Assembly: GCA_043806595.1 (NCBI GenBank)
Contig: JAZDGU010000051.1
Span: 1-54,814 of the forward strand
Source: Candidatus Micrarchaeota archaeon
GTDB taxonomy: Archaea; Micrarchaeota; Micrarchaeia; Norongarragalinales; SBBD01
Direction: 5' to 3'
DNA length: 54,814 nucleotides
Shown piece by piece: positions 1 through 9,600 of the stretch. Positions within the stretch are counted from its first letter, which is position 1. The number at the start of each line of letters is the position of its first letter. Under the pieces are notes generated by a model. That model made no database searches. It was not told the origin of the DNA and saw nothing but the letters and a program-made list of their open reading frames with translations. The position numbers and the translations under genes are program-made.

Positions 1-3000
1 GTCCTCGTTGGTGTCCGCCGCACTGTGAAGGTTGACTATCTGGTCCGAGACGTTGTATGTCATGTTCGCACAGAGCGCCAGCGGGTGCCAGGCATAAGGC
101 GACGCTGTGTCCGCACTGAAGTTGAAGTGGAATATGAAGTCGTGCACGAAGCCCCAGTCGTCGACCGCCAGCGAGAACGGCCGGGTTTCGGAGAACTCGC
201 CGCCGGCAAAGCGCGCTGTTGCGGGACCTAGAGGGTAGGCCTTGGGCGCCTCCTCGGGAGCGGCGTAGCCGAAGACTATCGTGTGCGTCTCGCCCTGCTG
301 GAGCGGGCCAAGCTGCCACGTGATGGAGATGTTCCGCGAGTTGTTCACGACCAGCGCGTCGGGCGCGTAAGTGATGAAGCTCGGCGGCAAAAACTCGGTG
401 AACGAGAGATTTTGCAGGGGCTGGCGGGCAGTGAGGTGGAACTTGACCTGCTGCGGGTTCGGGAAAATCACGCCCGAGAACTCGCGCGAGATGTCAAGCG
501 GGTAGTCGCTGCGCGCCTCAAACGTGGTGTTCGCGGTCTCGTTGACGTCGAAGCGCTCGGCGTGCGCCACGATCGTGTACCCTCCTTCCTCGAATGCGAA
601 GTAGGAGAAGGTGTAAGTGCCGTCCCAGTTGTCGGTTATCGCATAGTCGGCGGTGCTGAAGGTCTGGTTGAAGCCGGAGGGCGACATTACGATTGCGGAC
701 ACGTTCGCGCCGTCCACCCTGTGGCCATCGTAGGCGACCACGCCGACCTCGACGTGCACCGTCGAGCCGGGCGCGTAGACCGTCTGGTTGGTGTTGATGT
801 TGACGAGGCCGAGGGCGAACTCGCGCTCGGTTGCGGCTTCCACGCGCGCGCCTTCCTCGAGGGAGTCGAAAGAGGCGGGCAGGCCGGAAGTGGAAACGGA
901 AATGGCTGCTTCAGCCGGGGTTTCCCCTGCAAGCTGGTTCGCTAAGGAACTGAAGCCGGCGGTGGGCGAGGGCGTGACGAGCGCGCCGATGACGTCTTCC
1001 GCGGACGGAGCGGGCCTGCCCTTGACGAACGCTGCAACCGCTTTGACCTTGTAGAGGCCCGGAACCGAAAGCGAGCCCGGCTCGAATACGACGTGCTTCG
1101 TGCCGTTGTCGTCCCTGATTTCAAGCCGCGTCTGGTTGCCGAAGGGGTCTTCGAGCATGAGCCCGAAGCCCGCCGAAGGCACGCGTTCCCCGCGACGGTC
1201 CTTGGCGACCAGCTCGAAGGCTATACGCTCGCCCACGCCGTAGTGCCTGCGCAGGCCGTCGATTTCCGCGGTCATGAGCGACTCGTTGGATTCCTCGTTC
1301 AGCAGCACAAGACTCGAGGACTCCAGAAGGAATTCGTCGCCGGGGAATACCGCTTGCATCGAATGGACGCCGTTCGGGTTGCTTTCGGGCGCGAATTCGA
1401 ACCGGGCCCTGCCTTCGGCGTCGGTGGCAGCCGAGCCATTCTTGGCCTTGTCGACCAGGAACGTCAGGTTCATGCCGTCTAGTGGCTCGTCCTCGGAGAG
1501 CTGCAGCCGCGCGGTTGCTAGCAGGGATTCGCCAGCCTTGAAGGAGGAGGCATTGACGTCCAGGAAAAGCTGGGGGAGGGCCTGCAGGCGAAGCGAGGCG
1601 TTCTTCGACAAGAGGACTTCGTCGCCGGACTTCAGCAAAACGCCAATCTCGTAGTCCCTGGGCTTTGCCTGCGTCGCGTCCAGCCGGACCTCGAGCGAGC
1701 ACTTCTCTTCGCAGGGGAAGGGCGTCCTCTGGCCCGCAAAGTAGAAGCCGGAGGGGAGAACGAGGTCAATAGAGAATGAAGTGTTCGGGACAGAGGCGTT
1801 GATGCTGATTCGCAGGGGCTCGCTGCGCACGTGCTCCGAAGGGACGCTGAATACGAGGTAGGTCCCGTTGGTGGCGTTGGGCTGGCCCTCCTTGTCCAGC
1901 ACGACGTACAGGTATGCGCTCTCGTTCACGTGGAACGCGGGGTCGAAGTAGTCCGAGTAGTTCTGCTTGCTCACCCTGACGGAATGCAGGCCGACTGCGA
2001 GGTTCGAAAAGAATGCGGGGGTCCTGTTCTCAAAAACCCCGTCCACGGACACGAGGGCGTCAGATGGAAGGGACTCTGCCAACAGGCTGCCGAAAGACTC
2101 GTTGGTGCCGTTCGACCCGTTGCCCGGAGCATTTAAGGAGGAGTTGACATCGAACAGCGAAGTTGCCGCCGAGGGCGCGTAAGAGTCGCTGCCAAGGAAG
2201 GATGCTTCCATCGCGTGCGTGCCGTTCGGCATATCGTGCGGGACTAGGTATTCCGCAAGGGCCGTGCCGTTCAGGTCGGTGGTGGCGTTTGAGAAGGCCG
2301 AGCCGTCCACGGCGAAGACGATGGGCAGGCCTTCAAGCGGAGTGCCGTCCTGCAGGGAAAGGAAGCCCTCTGCCAGCAAGTCTTCATCGGGGTTCGGAGT
2401 TGTACTGTTGAGGGAGAGGGAAAGCGCGGTCGGAAGGCGGACGAGGACTGTTGCTTCTGCGGAGGAGTTTCCGCCGCGCAGCTCCGCGGTCGCGCGCAGG
2501 AGGTGCGCGCCCAAGGAGGAGTTGGAAGTGTCGAATACCGCGTAGATCGAGCACGACGAGTCGCATGCGGATGAAACGCTGCCCTCCACGAGGACGAGAT
2601 CGGAAGGGGCCTCGATGGAAAGCGTGAACCGGGTTTGCGAGTCTGCCGAGGCGGTGACGCTCAAGAGCTCGCCGGAAAGAACTGAGGCGGGGGCGTTGAT
2701 CTGCACCGGCTGGCTGGCGTTGGTGCCGTTCTGTCCCTGGGTTCCGTTCGTCTCGTTGCCGACCGTCCCGTTTGATTCGTTTGTGCCGTTGCTCCCACCT
2801 CCCTGCGGGAATACCCTGAACTCAAGGAAGGCGTTGGAGGCGAGCAGGCCCCTTGGCTTGTCCCCCGGGAACTTGGCCTCGACCGCGTACCCGCCAGCAG
2901 ACAGCAGGAGGGGGAATGCGGCAACGCCCTGATCGTCGGTCTGCGCATACTCGAGGTCGCCGAACGCGGGAGTCGCGGAAGGCAGGTTGAAGAACACCGT

Positions 3001-3618
3001 GGCGTTCGGCACGCCGCTGCCGGAATCGTCAAGCAGGGTCGCGCGGAGCTCGAACTGCAGGCTCTCCTGCAGGCCTTCGGGCACGGACAGGGACAGCACG
3101 GTGGCAGTCAGGTTGAAGGAGGCGTTGGCGCCGGTGCCGGGCGTGGGGGTCGGTTCCAGCGTGACGTTGACCTCGTCAGTGGGCTCGGGCGTCGGCGTGG
3201 TCGTGGTGTCGCTCGTCGGAGTCGGCGTGAATTCGGGAGTAGGGGCCGGGGAGACGTCGGAAGTGGGGGAGGGGGTCTGGTCAGGGGTGGGTGCAGGCGA
3301 CACGTCGGAAGTCGGGGAAGGGAACTGGCCGTCTGCTGGCGGCGGGGTCGCCTCCCCTGTGGGAAGCAGGGGGGTGGGGGCCGGCGTGGAAAGCGTGTCC
3401 GGAGTGGGCGCGGACGAAGGCTCCACGAATACAGTGGCTTCGGGGGTCGGCGCGGGGGTGGGCAGCTGGAGGCCGGCGTTTTCGAGGAGAGCGGGGTCGC
3501 CTGAGACGCCCAATACTTGGAAGAGCAGGCCGGCGAAGAAGGACAGCCATACGACCGAGAAAACCAACGGTACTTGGCCTCTCCTGCCTGCTGGTTCCCC
3601 CTCATCCACGGACCGCAC
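1..3618 (-). CDS. Giant surface protein (>1200 aa, 3' end beyond window): class III-like signal peptide, Pro/Thr linker, tandem Ig-like domains
   Basis: Minus-strand frame with codons ending on multiples of 3. The ORF track lists no ORF in this frame, consistent with an open frame running off the edge. Hand translation: (M)RSVDEGEPAGRRGQVPLVFSVVWLSFFAGLLFQVLG..LPTPAPTPEAT..; repeated units such as DGTPLEGLPIVFAVDGSAFSNATTDLNG; DNWDGTYTFSY; many N-x-S/T sequons. Start GTG 3618 or 3609; in-frame stop at 3649-3651. Confidence 0.85.
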   Translation of the reverse strand, partial: MRSVDEGEPAGRRGQVPLVFSVVWLSFFAGLLFQVLGVSGDPALLENAGLQLPTPAPTPEATVFVEPSSAPTPDTLSTPAPTPLLPTGEATPPPADGQFPSPTSDVSPAPTPDQTPSPTSDVSPAPTPEFTPTPTSDTTTTPTPEPTDEVNVTLEPTPTPGTGANASFNLTATVLSLSVPEGLQESLQFELRATLLDDSGSGVPNATVFFNLPSATPAFGDLEYAQTDDQGVAAFPLLLSAGGYAVEAKFPGDKPRGLLASNAFLEFRVFPQGGGSNGTNESNGTVGNETNGTQGQNGTNASQPVQINAPASVLSGELLSVTASADSQTRFTLSIEAPSDLVLVEGSVSSACDSSCSIYAVFDTSNSSLGAHLLRATAELRGGNSSAEATVLVRLPTALSLSLNSTTPNPDEDLLAEGFLSLQDGTPLEGLPIVFAVDGSAFSNATTDLNGTALAEYLVPHDMPNGTHAMEASFLGSDSYAPSAATSLFDVNSSLNAPGNGSNGTNESFGSLLAESLPSDALVSVDGVFENRTPAFFSNLAVGLHSVRVSKQNYSDYFDPAFHVNESAYLYVVLDKEGQPNATNGTYLVFSVPSEHVRSEPLRISINASVPNTSFSIDLVLPSGFYFAGQRTPFPCEEKCSLEVRLDATQAKPRDYEIGVLLKSGDEVLLSKNASLRLQALPQLFLDVNASSFKAGESLLATARLQLSEDEPLDGMNLTFLVDKAKNGSAATDAEGRARFEFAPESNPNGVHSMQAVFPGDEFLLESSSLVLLNEESNESLMTAEIDGLRRHYGVGERIAFELVAKDRRGERVPSAGFGLMLEDPFGNQTRLEIRDDNGTKHVVFEPGSLSVPGLYKVKAVAAFVKGRPAPSAEDVIGALVTPSPTAGFSSLANQLAGETPAEAAISVSTSGLPASFDSLEEGARVEAATEREFALGLVNINTNQTVYAPGSTVHVEVGVVAYDGHRVDGANVSAIVMSPSGFNQTFSTADYAITDNWDGTYTFSYFAFEEGGYTIVAHAERFDVNETANTTFEARSDYPLDISREFSGVIFPNPQQVKFHLTARQPLQNLSFTEFLPPSFITYAPDALVVNNSRNISITWQLGPLQQGETHTIVFGYAAPEEAPKAYPLGPATARFAGGEFSETRPFSLAVDDWGFVHDFIFHFNFSADTASPYAWHPLALCANMTYNVSDQIVNLHSAADTNED

Positions 3619-3694
3619 AACCCCTCGTGTAAACTTACGCAAAAAAGCCTACAAAAACCCTCAAAAAAACCCGCATTCGTTACTCTCGAACCCC

Positions 3695-3701
3695 TTATAA
3701 A
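3695..3701 (-). promoter_or_regulatory. Probable TATA box of giant surface gene
   Basis: Minus strand reads TTTATAA about 80 nt upstream of the start. Confidence 0.5.
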
Positions 3702-3765
3702 CCTACCGAACTTTCGGCGCGTTTTTACGAGCCAGAAAACGGTTCCAAATGCGCTCCGGGGCGAT

Positions 3766-3780
3766 GAAAAGGTTTAAATA
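3766..3780 (+). promoter_or_regulatory. BRE + TATA box
   Basis: GAAAAGG-TTTAAATA, canonical archaeal BRE/TATA, about 85 nt upstream of ATG 3863. Confidence 0.65.
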
Positions 3781-3862
3781 TTCGGCGGGCGTGCTTGCAC
3801 TACCCACCGTAAAGTCCGTCCAGGCGGCAATACCCACGCCGCCTTCACAGAGGTCCGAGAAA

Positions 3863-4462
3863 ATGGACAGAAGAGTCCTGTTCCTTGCATTGCCGTTGGC
3901 GCTCATGTTCGCTGGAATCGTGCTGGCGACCGTGGAAATCACCGACAACACCAATGTCGCAGTGCCCAGCGACAACGGCACGAGCCTGAACACTTCGGTC
4001 GCAGGCCGCATGCAGCAGTACGTTGGCTACTACGGGAACGTGAGCATGCAGGTACGCAACAACACGAACCTCGGCAACGTCCTCTACTTCAAGACCGTCA
4101 ACTTCGGGAGGCTGTTCTTCGTCAAGACGGGGGCTACGCTGACTACGCCGTTCACCGTCGCGCCGACGAACGCCGTCACCGACGCGAACTTCTCGCTCAC
4201 CGGATACTACAACACGAGCAACCACTTCGACAGCACGGCCGTGGTGTGCAACCTCACGAACTCGAACAAGCTCAACACCACGGACAACCGCCTTACCGGC
4301 ATATACTACGACGCCGCGGCGGTGCCGAACTACTTCTTCTGCACGGACATCGGCAGCTTCACGAGCAGCAACGGCTTCGGCAACGAGCTGAGCTACGAGA
4401 TAATCGTGGCGAAGACCGCGACGTACATCGCCTACGACATCTGGTTCGACCTCGCGGCGTAA
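3863..4462 (+). CDS. Secreted 199-aa beta-rich protein of unknown function
   Basis: Signal peptide MDRRVLFLALPLALMFAGIVLA; QQYVGYYGNVS motif; C-terminus YEIIV..YDIWFDL; strongly C-ending codons; no C-terminal TM helix. Confidence 0.85.
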   Translation: MDRRVLFLALPLALMFAGIVLATVEITDNTNVAVPSDNGTSLNTSVAGRMQQYVGYYGNVSMQVRNNTNLGNVLYFKTVNFGRLFFVKTGATLTTPFTVAPTNAVTDANFSLTGYYNTSNHFDSTAVVCNLTNSNKLNTTDNRLTGIYYDAAAVPNYFFCTDIGSFTSSNGFGNELSYEIIVAKTATYIAYDIWFDLAA

Positions 4463-4564
4463 GTACCAACGCCAATACCGCCGGGTAACAGTATCCAGAG
4501 CATACTAGCTGCAATTAACAAGCTGGCAAATAGAGGCCGAAGTACGTCTCCGTTATAAAAAAAA

Positions 4565-5614
4565 CTACTGCTGGCGCTGATCCCTTTCTACCTTGTCCTC
4601 GAACTGGCGGATCCTGCGCAGGATGCGCGCGCCCACCCCCTCCTCCGGGCCCCCGCCCTTGCCCTTCTGCCGCCGCCAGAGCACCGCGCCCGCGACGACC
4701 GCGCCGAGGAAGAAGATGACCGCGGAAGCCTGCCACCAGAAGGATTCCGGCGCGGCGCTGCCTTCCGCGGCCCTGCGCGAGACCGCACGCGCCTGCGCCT
4801 CGACGCCGAGGAACTGCGCCTTGGAAGCGGTCTCGCCGAGGCTGACCGCGACCTCGAGCTCGGTAAGGTCGTATTCCGCGGAGAGCAGGTCGCGTTGAAG
4901 CCGTAGGACTAGCTCCGACTCCTCGCCGAGCCTCGTCCTCGCGACGTCGACCGCGCGCTGCGCCGCCGCGAGCGATGCGGCCGCGGCGGAGTAGTCCGCG
5001 GAGATGTCCTGCAACGCGTCCAGGCGCGCCGCAGCTGGCGCGTATTTCTCGCCGAACTGCGCCGAGAACCTTTCCGCGGCGTCGAGGGAGCGCGACTTGC
5101 GCATCTCCGACAGGATGGAGTCGAGGGCAAGCAGCTGAGCATCGGTTTCCCCGAAGTTCACCTGCCGGAAGCGGTTGTATTCCGCGTACAGCGCGTCCCT
5201 TCTTGCGCGCAGTTCGCGGAGCTCCGACTCGCGGACGAACGCGAGCCTGCGGCGCAGGGCGTTCGGCGTGCGTCGGAGCTGTTCCGTGCGCAGAGAAGCG
5301 CCGAGGGACTCGCCGTCCTGCGACACCAGCAGCACCGCTGGGAAGCCTGCGCGGATGTACTGCTCGAGTATGAGCTGCATCCTGCCGGCGTCCTCCATGG
5401 GGACCGCGGCGTCCCCTTCCCGCTCGAGGAGCGCCACTGGCGTGGTGCTGGCGAGGATGAGGTAGTACTCGCGGTTCTGGTAAATCAGGGGGATGCTGGC
5501 GGCCTTCTCGCCGGGGTCCATGAAGAAACTCGCCTCGTCGTCCGCGGGTACGACGATGGCGCCTGCGCACTGGAAGGCGAGCAGGATAAAACCAGCAAGC
5601 AAGAATGCGCGCAT
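4565..5614 (-). CDS. Membrane-anchored protein with extracellular coiled coil
   Basis: N-terminal signal peptide, long Ala/Leu/Glu/Arg helical region, TM helix FWWQASAVIFFLGAVVAGAVLW, basic tail. Confidence 0.8.
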   Translation of the reverse strand: MRAFLLAGFILLAFQCAGAIVVPADDEASFFMDPGEKAASIPLIYQNREYYLILASTTPVALLEREGDAAVPMEDAGRMQLILEQYIRAGFPAVLLVSQDGESLGASLRTEQLRRTPNALRRRLAFVRESELRELRARRDALYAEYNRFRQVNFGETDAQLLALDSILSEMRKSRSLDAAERFSAQFGEKYAPAAARLDALQDISADYSAAAASLAAAQRAVDVARTRLGEESELVLRLQRDLLSAEYDLTELEVAVSLGETASKAQFLGVEAQARAVSRRAAEGSAAPESFWWQASAVIFFLGAVVAGAVLWRRQKGKGGGPEEGVGARILRRIRQFEDKVERDQRQQ

Positions 5615-5680
5615 GAAGGCATGGACGCCGGGGCGGAATTAAAGGGTTGTGGGTTCGCGTTGCACTACGGGAAGAGGCGT

Positions 5681-6481
5681 TTATTCGAGCCCGAAGAGGC
5701 CGTTGATTGCGCCGCTTGCCGCGGAAACCCTCGCGCTGACCTTCTCCTTCAGCGTCGGCTCCTTGTTGACGGAAAGGCCGGCAAGTCTGGCAGCGAGCGC
5801 CATGAATTCCTGGCTGGAGGGCGCATCCGGGTGCTGGAGCACGACGGGCACCTGCGCGGCGAGGCTCTTGGGCACGTGGTCGTCGCGCGGGATCACCGAT
5901 ATGACGTTGACTCCCGCGAGGTTCTCGACCGCAGACTTCTGCAGGTGGTGCCCGTGGTCCTCCACGAGATTGAGCACTAAACCGAGATGCATCTTGGGCG
6001 CGTGCTTGACTGCTTCCTGGCAGCGCACGATGTCCATGACGGAAGGCAGCGTCGGCTGCGCAACATAGATCAGCTCCTGGCTCGCGAGCAGCGCGCCGAC
6101 CGCCTCGCGGCCTAGGCCGGGCCCGGAGTCAAGCAGGACCATGTCGTGCTGTTCCGCGAGCGAGCGGGTTATGGGTTTCAAGGAGGCGAAGTCGAGACCT
6201 TTCAGGTCCGCGAGCTTCATTGAAGAAGGCACGACCTTCATGCCGGAGCTGTGGTCGTACGTCGCCTCGTGCAGGCTGGCCTCGCCGCGCATGACGTGGT
6301 TGAGCGTCTTCGGGAGGTAGGAGAGACCGAGCGAGACCCCGAGGTGGCTCGTAGTCACGTTGCAGTCGACGACCGCGACGCGCTTCTTGAAGTAGTGCGC
6401 GAGTGCGGCGCCGACGTTGATTACGACCGTGGTCTTCCCGACTCCCCCCTTGCCGGAGACCACGCCGATTACGCGGCCCAA
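5681..6481 (-). CDS. minD: MinD/ParA family ATPase
   Basis: Deviant Walker A SGKGGVGKTT, VVDCN, LLDSGPG, GLVLN. Likely TTG start 6481 after GGTGGT. Confidence 0.9.
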   Translation of the reverse strand: MGRVIGVVSGKGGVGKTTVVINVGAALAHYFKKRVAVVDCNVTTSHLGVSLGLSYLPKTLNHVMRGEASLHEATYDHSSGMKVVPSSMKLADLKGLDFASLKPITRSLAEQHDMVLLDSGPGLGREAVGALLASQELIYVAQPTLPSVMDIVRCQEAVKHAPKMHLGLVLNLVEDHGHHLQKSAVENLAGVNVISVIPRDDHVPKSLAAQVPVVLQHPDAPSSQEFMALAARLAGLSVNKEPTLKEKVSARVSAASGAINGLFGLE

Positions 6482-6659
6482 AACTTTACCACCAACCCGT
6501 AGTGTTTGCGACCACACGGCTTATATGTTTTTGCATTGTCCGGCGCTCGGTATTGCGACGTAAATACTCGGGAAAATATTTGGGAATGGGCGCACAAGCC
6601 GCGAAGGGTATTTAGTTCGGAATCCGCCGATTACGTTTTTCCGCAGGTGCAGTTGACGG

Positions 6660-9600
6660 TTAGCCCGCGTCTTTGAGCCTCTTCTGGATGGACTCGAGCT
6701 GGCGCTCGTTGCGCTTGCGGAGCTCGCGGTAGGCGTTCTGCGAGATGACGCCCTGGTGCAGCTCGTCCTCGAGCAGCCGCATCACGCGCAGTATCTTCTC
6801 CTTCTCGGCCTGCAGGTCGTTGACGTCCTTCTGGTCGAGCGGCTTGGGCGGCGGGGCCGGTGCGGCGAGCGACGGCTGGTCCTTCTTGTGCCTGCGCTTG
6901 CGGTAGAGGAAGTATAACAGGAAGCCCGCGGCCGCGGCGACGAACACGATGACGGCGAGGTAATACCATGGGATGCCCGCGTAGGGCTGGCCGCGGAACT
7001 TCGCCTGCGCGAGAAGCGTCGTGGCCTTCGCGATGGAGACCGAGGCCATCTTGAGCGAGGAGAGCGCGTCGTCGAGCTGCTCGCGCCGGAGCTGGTCGCG
7101 CGCGAGGTTCTTGTAGGAAGTCGCCTCCTCGATGAGCGCGAGCACCTGCGTCACGTCCTTGCCGACGGCGTCCGCTTCCTTCGCGTCCTTGGCGAGCTTG
7201 CGAAGCCTTTCCTCGGTGCGCTGCAGCTCGTACTCGACGAGCGCCGCGCGGGACTCGAATATGACTAGGTTGAACGAGCGCTCGTCCTGCGCCTCGTCGG
7301 CGGTGACCATCGCGCGGATAACGCGCACGCCGGTCTTCTCGCTCTTGGGGATGTTGAGCTTGACCACGAAGTTGCCGATGCCGCCGCTCGATAGCGCGTT
7401 GATGCGCGAGGGCCGGATTTCGAGCCATGTCAGCGGAACGCCGGAGAGGAGGAGCGTGAGGTTGTGGAGCGCGGTCAGGCCGTCGTTGCGCGCGTCGATG
7501 CGGATGTACTTCGTGTCCCCGCTCTCGGCGACGATCTCGTCGGGGGTCGAGACGATTGTAAGCTGGGTGACGTTGACGCCGGCGGTCGGGGACGCGATTG
7601 ATGTTGCGGCCGAGGGCGGGGAAGGCGTGGCGTTTATCGGGATTATCTGGCCGCCCGTCGGAGGGGCCGACGCCGCCGGGGTCGCGGTGGGCGCGCCGGG
7701 GGGCGTGACGAGGAAGGAGGCGTTGGCGTATATGGGCGCCTGCACGAGGTCGTAGGTCATCTTGAGCTTGAGCTTGTACTGCGCCGGCGGCTGGGAAGTG
7801 TAGATGAAGGCCGAGCGGAGGAGCTGCACCTCCTGGCCGCGGGCGACGAGGACGGCCTCGGTGGCGTAGTACCACGAGTTGCCGCCAAGGTCCTCGACCC
7901 AGTATTCGAGGCCGACGTCCTGCGTTACCTCGCCCATGTTCGAGACGATGATGCGGAAGTCGAGGTAGTCGCCCTGCGGCACCTCGTTCTCCAGCAGTTC
8001 GAGCCTCACGTCGTACGGCCCGCCGGCGGCGACGCGGAACGGGTGGATCGCCTGCGTGACCATCCCCTGCACGCTAGTATTGATGTACGCGAGGTAGGCG
8101 CCAGTTGCGGTGTTCAGGGGCATTGCGTACCGGTAGATGTAGAAGCCCGGGCTCTGCTTGGTCATGGAAGAGATGTTCGCCTGCAGGTATATCGCGTTCG
8201 CGGGGTCGTAGACTGTCAGGTTGAGCGAGTCCGGGTCGAGGGGCATGCCGTCGCTCGCGCGCACGACGATGTCGAACTGCATGACGCTCTGCGGGTACCA
8301 TACGACGGTGGTCTGGACGTCGGCAAGCACGCTTGCGGCGACGCGGAAGTATGTGAGCCTGCGCGCGGTGTACTCGGCCTTGCTCGCGGCCATGACCACG
8401 AGGAAGACGCCGGATGTGGTGTTCGCGGTTATCGGGAACAACTCTAAGGAGTATGCACCGGCGCCGTGCCTCGTGAAGTTCTCGAGGGAGTAGTTCGCGA
8501 ATACCGTGTCGTTGGGGGCGAGGACGGTGATGTTCAACGAGTCCGGGTCGACGGGGGTGCCGTTGACGTCGAAGACGGAGACGACGACGCGGGGCGTCTG
8601 GCCGGCTGTCCAGATGTCGCCGGCGCTGACGTCGGCGAGCAGGCCGGTGAAGGTCACGTTGCCCTGCTGCGAGGGGAGGACCTCGAACTCCGAGGAAGAG
8701 GTATCGTTGACGACGAGCGAGGCGTTGCCGTCGTAATATTCCGAGAAGGAGGTCATCGTGTAGTTCCCGATGGGCTGGTCGGGCGGGATGTTCACTGAAG
8801 GCACCGGGTTCTCGATGACTCCCGACGGGCCGACGGTGTAGTTCTGTCTGAGGAGCGTGAGGTTCGACGGGGAGACAACTGAGAGGGACACGTTGACGGG
8901 GTAGAGCGTGGTGTTGGCGGCCTCGCGCACGCGGTAGTAGATCGATGCGGTGACGCCGCTGTCGGTCATGTAGTACGTGTCGGCGAAGGTGTCGAGGGTG
9001 ACCACGAGGACTGCGTAGGTGGTGAACGAGGAGGTGGCGTTGCCCTCGACGAGGATGCTGTCCGTGGCGATGATGGTGACGGTATAGTTGCCCCGGTGCA
9101 CGATGCTTCCGGTGAGGTTGGGGAACGTGGACGAGTATTGGAAGTAGGTGCCGTTGCTGGCGATGAGCGTCATGTTGTTCGTGGAGACGTTGCCGGCGGG
9201 GTCGGTCACGATGAGGGTCATGTTGGCCATGCCGACGAGGTTTGAGTCGGTCACGTTGCCGTAGACCGTGACGCTTCCCAGCTGCGCGGTCTGGTTGGGG
9301 GTTACCAGGATCGAAACCGGCAGGCTGCCGAAGGGGTAGAGGAGTATCGCGAGTATGCGGCTGGCGGGGGTGCCTCCCGCGTCAGTGACGTTGAACGTGA
9401 AGTTCGCGGTGTAGTTGATTTTCGGGAAGCCGCTGACGTCGTAGGATACGAGCAGACGGTAGTTCCCGAATTTTGAAAGGTTGAGCGCGGATACGTTGAG
9501 GGAGGAGTGGTTGGCGCTCTGCGGGTCGATGGTGAAGTTGATGTAGGTGTTGCCGGTGTTGTTCACGAAGACCTCGCACACGCTGCCCGTGTCCGGGCTC

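Noticed and set aside
3130..3470. Quasi-repeats GGGGTGGG / TCGGAAGT as DNA repeat or G-quadruplex element
   Set aside because: They encode the Pro/Thr/Ser linker of the giant protein.
25..3700. Many plus-strand and off-frame ORFs (e.g. 283-945, 2987-3700, 3108-3620)
   Set aside because: Shadows of the GC-rich giant gene on the minus strand; the same applies to long shadow ORFs such as 35911-37773 and 40057-42228.
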